This document shows, piece after piece, positions 13,035-21,930 of a stretch of DNA of 64,000 nt. Both the position numbers and the translations under genes were made by a program. Each line of letters begins with the position of its first letter. The first letter of the stretch is position 1. Below the pieces are notes generated by a model. It had not been told where the DNA came from, made no database searches, and saw only the letters and a list, made by a program, of their open reading frames with translations. The stretch lies in the NCBI GenBank assembly GCA_030431975.1, contig JAUIHP010000008.1:44318-108317 (forward strand), in the 5' to 3' direction. The DNA comes from a bacterium. GTDB taxonomy: Bacteria; Eisenbacteria; RBG-16-71-46; CAIMUX01.

Positions 13035-14330
13035 TTAGATCCGCAAGAGCTTGGGATCATTGCTGTGCGGCAGACAGTTGCGCGTATCGACGAGGGTCGG
13101 CACCTTGGAAAGCACCCACTCGTAGTCGATGCCCTTGTGGGCCGTCGTCACGACGACGCAGTGGACCCCGGACAGGGTCTCATCATTCAACGGAACGGAC
13201 TCCATGGTCGAGTCTTCGATCCGAAGGCTGGAAACGTACGGGTCGTGATAGACGACGTCCGCTCCCATCCGGCGCAGAATCTCGATGACGTCCAACGCCG
13301 GCGACTCGCGTACATCGTCGATGTCGGACTTGTAGGCAACGCCCAGGGCAAGGACGCGGCTTCCGCGAACGGAGCGCTCGATGTTGTTGAGAGCCTGCGA
13401 AACGAGAGTGCCGACGTAGTCGGGCATCGAGCCGTTGACGACTCCGGCAAGTTCGATGAAACGCGCTTCAAAACCGGACGCCCTAGCCTTCCACGAAAGA
13501 TAGAACGGGTCGACCGGGATGCAGTGACCGCCCAGGCCCGGGCCCGGATAGAAGGGCATGAAGCCGAAAGGCTTGGTGGCGGCTGCGTCGATCACTTCCC
13601 AGACGTTGATGTCCATCTTGTTGCACATCAACGCGAGTTCATTGACGAGACCGATATTGACGCTGCGGTAGGTGTTTTCGAGAAGCTTGACCATCTCGGC
13701 AACCTGCGGCGAGCTGACGGGCACCACCGTGTCGATCGAGGTCGAGTAGAGAGCCTTTGCGACTTCGCTACAGGCCGGAGTTACGCCTCCGACGACCTTG
13801 GGAATGTTCTTGGTCTGGTACTGCGGGTTGCCCGGATCGACGCGCTCGGGCGAGAAACCGAGGAAGAAGTCCTCACCGACCTTGAGACCGGTGGCCTCGA
13901 GCTCGGGGAGGACGAGTTCGACCGTTGTTCCCGGGTAGGTCGTGCTTTCGAGCAGGACCAGCTGCGGAGCATGCAGACGTTCCTTGATCTCCGAGACGGC
14001 CTGAACGATGTAGGAAACGTCAGGATCTTTCGTCTTACGCAGCGGAGTCGGTACACAGATATTGACCGTGTCGACCTCGGAGAGAAGGTCGAAGTCCGTC
14101 GTCGGTCGGAAGAGACCTTCCTTGACGAACCGGTCGACTTCCGCAGACGGAACGTCCTTGATGTAGGACACGCCGTCCCGCAGCTCACCGACGCGTGCGG
14201 CGTCGACGTCGAAACCGGTCACCTTGAACCCGGCTTTGCAGAACTCCATGACCAGGGGCAATCCAACGTACCCCAGTCCCAGCACCCCGAGGTGCGCTTC
14301 GCGGCTTTCGATCTTTGCAAGCAACGTCAT
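13035..14330 (-). CDS. UDP-N-acetyl-hexosamine 6-dehydrogenase family (WbpA/WecC/TviB-like)
   Basis: GVLGLGYVGLPL, VNICVPTPL, ESTTYPGTT, FSPERVDPGN, GGHCIPVDP (catalytic Cys). Confidence 0.9.
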   Translation of the reverse strand: MTLLAKIESREAHLGVLGLGYVGLPLVMEFCKAGFKVTGFDVDAARVGELRDGVSYIKDVPSAEVDRFVKEGLFRPTTDFDLLSEVDTVNICVPTPLRKTKDPDVSYIVQAVSEIKERLHAPQLVLLESTTYPGTTVELVLPELEATGLKVGEDFFLGFSPERVDPGNPQYQTKNIPKVVGGVTPACSEVAKALYSTSIDTVVPVSSPQVAEMVKLLENTYRSVNIGLVNELALMCNKMDINVWEVIDAAATKPFGFMPFYPGPGLGGHCIPVDPFYLSWKARASGFEARFIELAGVVNGSMPDYVGTLVSQALNNIERSVRGSRVLALGVAYKSDIDDVRESPALDVIEILRRMGADVVYHDPYVSSLRIEDSTMESVPLNDETLSGVHCVVVTTAHKGIDYEWVLSKVPTLVDTRNCLPHSNDPKLLRI

Positions 14331-14457
14331 CTCAATAGTCTCCTCGTCGCCCTTATCGACGCCGTAGGTGTCCTTCCTTCGATCCCATTCTGGAGACCGA
14401 GTCGGTGAGGTGTCTTTTTCGCGGGGGAATCCCGTCCCAGCACGACCGTTTTCGTCG

Positions 14458-15222
14458 CTATCGGATGAGTAGGTAGATACCGGCTCCGAAAAGTGCGCCC
14501 ACGACCGTGTTGGCGAAGTTCAAACCTCCGTGCGGCAACATTTTCCGACCCCAGGTTCCGGCCAGGCTCTCCATGAAGTTTCCAAGAAACCCGCCCAGCC
14601 CAACCGCAGCGGCGCCCTTCCAAGAGATGACCCCGAGGCCTGCGCCCACAACCCCGAGAACGAATGCGGCTCCCAGCCCTCCGAGGAGTCCCTCCATGGA
14701 AACGGCTCCCTCCGTTCCTACCGGGACCGCCCGGAAAGTCCGCAAGGATACCGTATTCCGACCATAAAGCTGCCCGATTTCGGAGCTGGATGTGTCGGAA
14801 GCGGCTGCGGCGAAGCTGGCCACGAAGGCGACCCACAGAACGGCCTCGGCGAGGAGACCGTCCATGGTGTTCAGATCGAGGGTGCCGGAGCGGACGAGGA
14901 CCGCCCGCAGGATGAGAATGAGTAGGCCCGTGCCGCAGTTGGCGAGGACGTGACTGCTTCCCCGTCGGCCGCCCTGCTCTTCGGCCACGCCCTTGGCGGC
15001 CTTGGCTGAGTATCCAAGGCGGGTCACGGCGGTGCCCCAGAGGAAGAAGGCCGTCAGGATGAAGAAGCCGCCCAACCCTCCCAGCCAAAGGACGAGAGCG
15101 CCGAACGGGACTCCGGCGATGAAGGCGGACCTCCGGACCCAACCGAGCGCGAGAGCCAGGCCGCCGAGTCCCAGGGGGAGGCCGACGATCCAGGGCCAGG
15201 CGGCGGGAGGTGACAAGTCCAC
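14458..15222 (-). CDS. DUF92/TIGR00297-family integral membrane protein
   Basis: Polytopic. SEIGQLYG and EGAVSMEGLLGG motifs are typical of the family. GTG start lies 2 nt after the upstream stop. Confidence 0.7.
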   Translation of the reverse strand: MDLSPPAAWPWIVGLPLGLGGLALALGWVRRSAFIAGVPFGALVLWLGGLGGFFILTAFFLWGTAVTRLGYSAKAAKGVAEEQGGRRGSSHVLANCGTGLLILILRAVLVRSGTLDLNTMDGLLAEAVLWVAFVASFAAAASDTSSSEIGQLYGRNTVSLRTFRAVPVGTEGAVSMEGLLGGLGAAFVLGVVGAGLGVISWKGAAAVGLGGFLGNFMESLAGTWGRKMLPHGGLNFANTVVGALFGAGIYLLIR

Positions 15223-15224
15223 GT

Positions 15225-16220
15225 TCAGTCTCCCCAGGTGTCGAGGCCGCGGACCCAGTCCACGGTCTCGCCGATGGCGGTTTCAAAGGGCGTGATCTGG
15301 TAGCCAAGGGCCCGTTCGGCCCGTTCCGAGGAGTAGGACCAGTGTTCGCGGTAGACGCCGGCCACGCCTTTGGTCAACTCCGGGGGCTTTCCGGTGAAAG
15401 CGGCACCCCACTCCATGAGCTTTCCGAGCGCTTCGGCCACGCCGACCGGGATCTTCTTGAAGGATTCCGGCCGGTTGAGCCGCTTGTAGATCGCGGAGAG
15501 CACGTCGTTGAGTCGGACGTTCTCGCCACCCAGGATGTAGCGGTGTCCTGCCATCCCCCGCTCCATGGCCGAGATGTGGCCGTCGACGACGTCGGGGACG
15601 TAGCCGTAGCTCCAGACCTGCTCGCCCGATCCGACCCTCCCTGGAAAGGTGCCTTCGCGAATCCAGTAGATCATTTTGCCGAGGAGGTTTCCGTCGGTGC
15701 AGCCCCCGGGACCGAAGAGGACGGTCGGGTAGAGGGTGACGATCGGGAGGCCCTTGTCGAGATACTTGTCCGTGATCTGGTCGGCCAGATACTTCGTCCG
15801 CTCGTAGTCCGTATAGAAACGGCTGCGGGTAGCGCGGGCATCTTCGTCGATCGGGGTCGGGGTCGGAGATGGCCCGATGCTGAGAAAACTCGAGGTATGG
15901 ACGATCTTGGAGACGCCGGCCCGCGCACACGCTCCGAGCAGGGCTTCGTAGGCTTCGACGTTGTGACGGTCGAACTCCCGCCGGTCCTTGGACCAGGTCT
16001 TCACCATGGCGGCCGCGTGGACGACGACCTGGCACTGTCGAAGATCGTTTGGCTCAGGGGGCGCTTTGGCCAGATCGCCCTCGACCCACCGCAGCGGGAC
16101 GGATGGGTCCGCCTGCTGGGGCCGCCGGGTCAGCGCCGTGACCTCGTGTCCCGCGTCGAGAAGGGCGCGGAGCAACGTCCCGCCCAGATAACCTGTTCCA
16201 CCGGTCAGAAAAACCTTCAA
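15225..16220 (-). CDS. NAD-dependent epimerase/dehydratase (dihydroflavonol-reductase/HpnA-like SDR)
   Basis: KVFLTGGTGYLGG Rossmann motif and YERTKYLAD (YxxxK). I place the start at TTG 16220 (SD GGGAAGGGAAG upstream); the 37 codons further upstream in the ORF track look non-coding. Confidence 0.8.
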   Translation of the reverse strand: MKVFLTGGTGYLGGTLLRALLDAGHEVTALTRRPQQADPSVPLRWVEGDLAKAPPEPNDLRQCQVVVHAAAMVKTWSKDRREFDRHNVEAYEALLGACARAGVSKIVHTSSFLSIGPSPTPTPIDEDARATRSRFYTDYERTKYLADQITDKYLDKGLPIVTLYPTVLFGPGGCTDGNLLGKMIYWIREGTFPGRVGSGEQVWSYGYVPDVVDGHISAMERGMAGHRYILGGENVRLNDVLSAIYKRLNRPESFKKIPVGVAEALGKLMEWGAAFTGKPPELTKGVAGVYREHWSYSSERAERALGYQITPFETAIGETVDWVRGLDTWGD

Positions 16221-16443
16221 GGCAACACTTCCCTTCCCCACTCGTAAGCATCGGTGGGGGAGATAGCAAACCTTGACGATACGAAGAACAAGGGACGGTT
16301 GCAATTCGAGACCGGGGTCAAACCGAATGCCCACAATTCAGGGTTTTTGGGCCGAACCGTTCCTTTAAATCGGTGTATGCTACGAAAATAGCACTCTACG
16401 TCGGCCTTTCGGGGCCGACGGCACCCTGGCCACGGGAGTCGCA

Positions 16444-18075
16444 ATGAGCGGAAAGCGTATCTTCTACACGGCGACCACCACTGCGGCGGTCGTCGGAATC
16501 CTCGCCGGCTTCGTCTTTCTGGGTAATGTTCTCGCCTACGGAAAGACGATCTACAGCCAGCTCGGAGTTTTTTCCCAAGTCCTGTCCTACATCAGTGACA
16601 ACTACGTCGACGAGGTCGACGGAGAAGAGCTGATCGACGGGGCCATCACGGGAATGCTCGAAGAGCTGGACCCCCACAGCAACTATCTCGACGCTGACCG
16701 GTTCGGCCGTATGCAGGAGCGGAATCGGGGTACCTACTACGGGATCGGGGTCTCCTTCGACATCGTCGAGGGCCGGCTGACCGTCATCTCCCCCATCGAA
16801 GGCTCACCCAGCTACAAGTTGGGGATCAAAGCCGGGGACGTCATCGCCCGGATCGAGGGCGAATCCGCTCAGGACATCACCCGGGAAGAGGTTTTCGACA
16901 AGCTGCGTGGACCGCGCGGGACGACGGTCAACGTCTCGGTCGTGCGTGAGGGCGTGGACGAACTCATCGACTTCGACATCGTTCGCGATGAGATTCCGAT
17001 CTACTCCGTCCCCTATCACTTCATGCTTTCCGACAACATCGGCTACGTCCGGATGAACCGCTTCAGCGCCACGACCAGCGACGAGCTGGCAGAGGCCATC
17101 ACCATGCTCCAGGGCGAGGGCATGGAGCAGCTCATTCTCGACCTTCGTGGCAACTCCGGTGGTTATCTCAATGAGGCCATTGAGGTTGCGGACATGTTCC
17201 TCTCCGCCGGCCGCAAGGTCGTCTATACCCGTGGACGCCTGCCGGACGCCAGCGAGGACTACTACACGACCGGCCGCGGCCGCTTCCTCGACCAGCCGCT
17301 CATCGTGATGGTCGACCATGGAAGCGCCTCCGCCTCCGAGATCGTCTCCGGAGCCCTGCAGGATTGGGACCGGGGACTCATCGTCGGGCAGACCACCTTC
17401 GGCAAGGGACTGGTCCAGCGCCAGTACCGCCTCAAGAACGGCGCGGCTCTGCTCCTGACGGTAGCCCGCTACTACACCCCGAGCGGCCGGCTCATCCAGC
17501 GGGACTACTCCGACCGGGATGCCTACCTCTCTGCGGCGAACATCGACGAGGAGACGGATTCCGAGGTCCTGGCCGAAGCCGACACCACGCGGGCCAAGTT
17601 CATGACCGCGGGTAAGCGCACGGTCCTCGGCGGTGGCGGAATCGCCCCGGACGTCGAACTCGATCTCCCCTATCCCAGCTCGGAGATCACGACATCGCTC
17701 AACCAGCAGCGCGCTTTCTTCGACTTCGCTCCGGTCTTTGTGGCCGCAAAGAAGCTGGACGGAAAGCAGATCGACTTCACCGACTTCCGCAAGAACTTCG
17801 ACATCAGTGATGGCGACATCGCCGATTTCGAGCAGTTCATGGAAGAAAAGGACCTCGAGTTCCACACGGACTCTTTGGCCGTCCATCAGGACCTGGTCGA
17901 GCGTTGGATCAAGGCCGAGGTGGCCGGTAACCTCTGGGGTTCCCCGGAGCGGTACCACATCATCCTCGAGGCCGATCCGGAGTTGCAGGAAGCCATGAGC
18001 CTGCTTCCCAAGGCCAAGCTGATGGCCGGAAAGGACGCTGCAGGCGAGCCGGGACCGTACATCGGGCAGAACTAA
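16444..18075 (+). CDS. S41 carboxyl-terminal processing (tail-specific) protease with PDZ domain
   Basis: N-terminal TM anchor, PDZ (GSPSYKLGIKAGDVIARIEG), LILDLRGNSGGYL, catalytic-Ser region SASASEIVSGALQD, TFGKGLVQ. Confidence 0.92.
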   Translation: MSGKRIFYTATTTAAVVGILAGFVFLGNVLAYGKTIYSQLGVFSQVLSYISDNYVDEVDGEELIDGAITGMLEELDPHSNYLDADRFGRMQERNRGTYYGIGVSFDIVEGRLTVISPIEGSPSYKLGIKAGDVIARIEGESAQDITREEVFDKLRGPRGTTVNVSVVREGVDELIDFDIVRDEIPIYSVPYHFMLSDNIGYVRMNRFSATTSDELAEAITMLQGEGMEQLILDLRGNSGGYLNEAIEVADMFLSAGRKVVYTRGRLPDASEDYYTTGRGRFLDQPLIVMVDHGSASASEIVSGALQDWDRGLIVGQTTFGKGLVQRQYRLKNGAALLLTVARYYTPSGRLIQRDYSDRDAYLSAANIDEETDSEVLAEADTTRAKFMTAGKRTVLGGGGIAPDVELDLPYPSSEITTSLNQQRAFFDFAPVFVAAKKLDGKQIDFTDFRKNFDISDGDIADFEQFMEEKDLEFHTDSLAVHQDLVERWIKAEVAGNLWGSPERYHIILEADPELQEAMSLLPKAKLMAGKDAAGEPGPYIGQN

Positions 18076-18112
18076 GCGACGGATCAAAACCGCAAAATCA
18101 GACCTCGCTGTT

Positions 18113-18148
18113 GCGCGCCTTCCGAGTTTCGGAGGGCGCGCTTCTCAT
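18113..18148 (+). terminator. hairpin terminator after the S41 protease gene
   Basis: GCGCGCCTTCCGA-GTT-TCGGAGGGCGCGC (13-bp stem with one G-T pair) followed by TTCTCATT, 38 nt after the stop. Confidence 0.6.
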
Positions 18149-18179
18149 TGAGTCACCACCGCCTCGGCCCCGGGCGATT

Positions 18180-18680
18180 GAGCGACAACCACACCGATCG
18201 CGGACTTATGCAGCCTGGCGTACCCGTAGCGGGTGTGATCGAGCGATAACCACACCGATCGCGGACTTATGCAGCGCGGCGTTCCCGCAGCGGGTGTGAT
18301 CGAGCGATAACCACACCGATCGCAGACTTATGCAGCTTGGCGTACCCGCAGCGGGTGCGATTGATCGATAACCACACCGATCGCGGGATTATGCAGCTTG
18401 GCGTACCCGCAGCGGGTGCAACTGAGCGATAACCTCACCGATCCCGTACTTATGCAGCGCGGCGTACCCGTAGCGGGTGTAATTGAGCGATAATCTCACC
18501 GAGCGCGGACTTATGCAGCTTGGCGCACCCGTAGCGGGTGCAACTGAGCGATAACCACACCGATCGCGGACCTATTCAGCCCGGCATACCCGCGGCGGGT
18601 GTGATTGAGCGATAACCACCCCGATCGCGGACTTATGCAGGGCGGTGCACTCGTTACGGGTGTGAGTGAGCGAAAACTCG
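18180..18680. repeat. tandem array, 61 bp x 8 plus a degenerate ninth unit (array 1)
   Basis: Units begin at 18180, 18241, 18302 and so on. Consensus GAGCGATAACCACACCGATCGCGGACTTATGCAGCnnGGCGTACCCGyAGCGGGTGyrayy, each with an ACCCGC-A-GCGGGT palindrome. Lies between two convergent genes. Confidence 0.97.
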
Positions 18681-18759
18681 GATGGCTCCGGGATGCACGC
18701 TGCTCACCAGTGTATGAGTCCACGGTTCGGGGCCGGAGCCGTCCGGGCCGTTGAGGCTG

Positions 18760-21700
18760 TCAGTTGAGAACGAGGATTCTGAGGGTGGCCTGGTCGCTCA
18801 GTGTTTCGGCGCGAATGAAATAGACGCCGGCGGTGGCTCGTGCAGAGAACACGCTTTCCAAGTCGACGACAACATCAGCGCCGTCGTTGCTCAACGCTAT
18901 CCGGGTTGCATCGACTTCCCTTCCGCTTACGTCAAAGATTCTTAAGCGTGCTTCGTTCCAAGGACCGGATGTGCCGTTTAGCCGAATGACCGGCCAGTTC
19001 CTCGACGGCTGGGATGAGACCGGCTCGATCCAAAGTCGCTCCTTGAATCGGTCGTTCTGAGCGGTCCCGTCTGGGTCGACGGTGTCGTCGATCTGTCCGG
19101 CCAGTGCCTGAAGCAGCCTTCGAAGTTCGGGCGGCGCGGACTCTGGTAGTAGGACGAGCATCTCTTGTGCGGCTGCGACCATCGTGGGGGAATCCAAAGC
19201 ATCGCCGCCGTTCGCGACGTTCGCAGCGCCCACGGCATTCGCCCCGTTCGGGCCGTTCGTACCGTTCTCGTCACTCGCCCCGTTCGTGCCGCTAGCACCG
19301 TTCGCGCCGCTCGTGCCGTACGCACCGTTCTTGTCATTCGCGGCGTTAGTGCCGCTAGCACCGTTCTCGTCATTCGCGCTGTTCGTGCCGCTAGCACCGT
19401 TCTCGTCATTCGCGCCGTTCGTGCCGTTTGCACCGTTTTCGTTGTTCGCGCCGTTACTGTCATTTGCGTCACTGACGCCGCTCGCTCGACCTTCTGTGGA
19501 TTCAGGCTCACCCAACTCGGGATTGGCTCTCCGGCTGTCAACCGAACTCCCTCGCTGATCGGGCGCAAACCCCAGCACCCGCCGGTCCTTCTTCCAGTTC
19601 GACACCAGGCCGAGAATGTCCTTGGCATCGACCGTTCCCGAGCCGTCGCAATCGGCGTAGGCTGCCGACGGGACGTCCCACGGATCGACCCTGCTTGGCT
19701 CCCAGTCGAGACCGGACTCTCCCGACTGGCTTCGGGACGGCCCGGTCATGCCCCAGCTCCGTCCCAACGCGAGCAGGTCGCGGCCGTCGACGACCCCGTC
19801 GTTGTCCGCGTCCCCGGGCCATGTGAAGTACGGAATGGGTCCGGTCCACGCGGCCACGTGGTGTGACGGAGTTCCGCCGACGAAGATGAAATCGCCGCCA
19901 ACGTAGAGCGAGCCGTTCCAGGACTCCAATGCATAGACGGCTGACGGATCTTCCGGAGTCAGGGGCTCGACGCCTCCTCCAAACGGGTTCCAGGTCGACC
20001 CGTCCCAGACGGCGAGGTGGGATGCCGGCTTCCCGTCGGCGACGCTGAACTCTCCGCCGGCAACGAGTCGGCCGTCGTGAACGGTGACCGTGTGGACCGG
20101 TCCGTCGAAAGAGTCACCGACGGCCGTCCAATCGGTGCCGTTCCATCGGGCGCAGTTGGCCACCGCCGCGTCGCCGGCTCGGGTCAAAGATCCGGCGGCG
20201 ATCAGGTCTCCTTCGTAGATCGTGAAGTCGCGGACTTCTCCGTCGACGCCGCTTCCCAGAGGTTCGTACCCGAATCCGTTCCAGAGGACGATGCGCTGTG
20301 CGTCGACTCCACCTGCCGAGGCGAAGTCACCGGCAATGACGAGGTCGTCGTGATAGACCTGCAGCGCTCTACCGGTGTCGTCGAGGCCGGCGCCGAAGGG
20401 AGTCCATAACGAGCCATCCCACGTCGCAATCCGGCTGGCAGGACGGTTGCCGGCTCGACGAAACGCGCCGGTGGCCACGACCTGATCGTTCCAGACCGTC
20501 AGATCCCAGACGACGGCGGCGGCGCCACCACCGGGAGTGAGCCATTCGTTGTCGCTGCGGTAGGCGACATGACGACTGGCGCGTCCCTCGAAGAAGGTAA
20601 AGAGTCCCCCGGCGAAGATCTCTCCCGGTCGTGTGGTCGCAGTGTGTACGCGGCCGTTGAAGTTGGCTTCCAGATCAAGCCACTCCCCGCCGTTCCACAT
20701 CGAGCAACGCTCGCCCGCCCGACGTCCGGCCCGCTCGAAGTCTCCCCCGGCGATCAGAAAGCCATCTCCGGCCGTCAAGGCAAAGACGGGCCCGTCCATT
20801 CCGAATCCGACGCCGATCGGGTTCCATGACCGGCCGCCCCATGTCGCGAGGCCGTAGGCGCTGTGCCCACCCGCACGGATGAAGGTTCCTCCGGCAATCA
20901 GAGCGGAACCGAAGTTCTCAATATCGTTGATCTGTCCGTCCGAGACGATCCCGCTGGAAAACGATCTCCACGTCGTGCCGTCCCACCAGGCGATCTTGTT
21001 GATGCCCAGTCCCCCGACGTTACTGAAGGCGCCGGCGAGAACCAGGTCCTCGCCGTAGAACTCGATGTCCCAGATCGTGGGGTCGATTCCCGTGATTCGG
21101 GCTCCCATCGTTTCCCAACTTGCTCCGTCCCAGATTCCGAAGGACCGCAAGGGCACGTCCAGGTCATCCCTTCGGAAGTTTCCGCCGACGGCCAGTCCGG
21201 CATCCGTCGGGCGCAACGCCAGTACAACTCCGTCGACTCCTCCGTCAATGCTCGCCCAACCAGCGTCGGTCCAGTGGATGAGTCCTGAGGATGAAACGTC
21301 CTTCGTTCCGCGAAAACTACCTCCGACTGCGACCCCGCTTTCAAACGAAGCCAACGCTTCGACCGTCGCGGGAACTCCGTCGTACTGCGGAATCAGTCCT
21401 GCGCCCAGCCCAGTCCACTCGGTCCCATCCCAAACGGCGAAACCGTTGGCCAGTTGGTCTCCGGCGTGCGTGAATTCTCCTCCGACGAAGAGACGGTCGT
21501 CCTGGGCGAGGACGGTCCGGACGATGCAACGATCGGGGTCGTCGCGGTTTTCCAGTTCCGCGCCGAGTGCGGTCCAGCCCTCGGAACTGAGGAGGGCCAG
21601 GGACTGAGCCGGAGTCGAGTCGACCTGTCGGAACTGTCCGGCGGCGACGAGCTGTCCCTGGAAAATCGCCCATTCGAGAACGGGACCGTCGAAGTCCGCG

Positions 21701-21930
21701 AGAGCTTCCCATTCCGACCCGGTCCAGATGGCTGCGTTCGAGGCGCGGACCGACCCGGCCTGGTGGAAACTTCCCCCGATGAGGAGGCCGTCGTTCCAGG
21801 CCTCGAGCGCGTGGATTTCCCCGATCACGCCCTGAATGTCGAACGCGTCCGACCAGGAGGCCGCGCCTTCTCCGACTGCCGACGACGACCAGGCGAGGAG
21901 CAGGAGAATGACCCACGTTGCATCCCTCAT
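18760..21930 (-). CDS. secreted multi-blade beta-propeller protein with dockerin-like module, N/G/A-rich linker and T9SS-type (FlgD-Ig-like) C-terminal domain
   Basis: Signal peptide MRDATWVILLLLAWSSSAVG. More than 12 reiterations of the pattern GG-F-x-AG-x5-IA-WDG-x-W-x-LG. Two EF-hand-like segments, GDADNDGVVDGRDLLALGRSW and ADCDGSGTVDAKDILGLVSNW. Tail LRIFDVSGREV...AGVYFIRAE...LRILVLN. ATGA overlap with the upstream gene. Confidence 0.85.
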   Translation of the reverse strand: MRDATWVILLLLAWSSSAVGEGAASWSDAFDIQGVIGEIHALEAWNDGLLIGGSFHQAGSVRASNAAIWTGSEWEALADFDGPVLEWAIFQGQLVAAGQFRQVDSTPAQSLALLSSEGWTALGAELENRDDPDRCIVRTVLAQDDRLFVGGEFTHAGDQLANGFAVWDGTEWTGLGAGLIPQYDGVPATVEALASFESGVAVGGSFRGTKDVSSSGLIHWTDAGWASIDGGVDGVVLALRPTDAGLAVGGNFRRDDLDVPLRSFGIWDGASWETMGARITGIDPTIWDIEFYGEDLVLAGAFSNVGGLGINKIAWWDGTTWRSFSSGIVSDGQINDIENFGSALIAGGTFIRAGGHSAYGLATWGGRSWNPIGVGFGMDGPVFALTAGDGFLIAGGDFERAGRRAGERCSMWNGGEWLDLEANFNGRVHTATTRPGEIFAGGLFTFFEGRASRHVAYRSDNEWLTPGGGAAAVVWDLTVWNDQVVATGAFRRAGNRPASRIATWDGSLWTPFGAGLDDTGRALQVYHDDLVIAGDFASAGGVDAQRIVLWNGFGYEPLGSGVDGEVRDFTIYEGDLIAAGSLTRAGDAAVANCARWNGTDWTAVGDSFDGPVHTVTVHDGRLVAGGEFSVADGKPASHLAVWDGSTWNPFGGGVEPLTPEDPSAVYALESWNGSLYVGGDFIFVGGTPSHHVAAWTGPIPYFTWPGDADNDGVVDGRDLLALGRSWGMTGPSRSQSGESGLDWEPSRVDPWDVPSAAYADCDGSGTVDAKDILGLVSNWKKDRRVLGFAPDQRGSSVDSRRANPELGEPESTEGRASGVSDANDSNGANNENGANGTNGANDENGASGTNSANDENGASGTNAANDKNGAYGTSGANGASGTNGASDENGTNGPNGANAVGAANVANGGDALDSPTMVAAAQEMLVLLPESAPPELRRLLQALAGQIDDTVDPDGTAQNDRFKERLWIEPVSSQPSRNWPVIRLNGTSGPWNEARLRIFDVSGREVDATRIALSNDGADVVVDLESVFSARATAGVYFIRAETLSDQATLRILVLN

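Noticed and set aside
18180-18680. CRISPR array (also considered for 44050-44548)
   Set aside because: The whole 61-bp period is conserved from unit to unit, so there are no unique spacers. Substitutions are scattered across the unit, and no cas genes are present in the window. I call it a tandem repeat.
18180-18680. Integron attC (59-base-element) sites, suggested by the ~60-bp unit size
   Set aside because: There are no cassettes between units, no RYYYAAC...GTTRRRY terminal inverted cores, and no intI gene.
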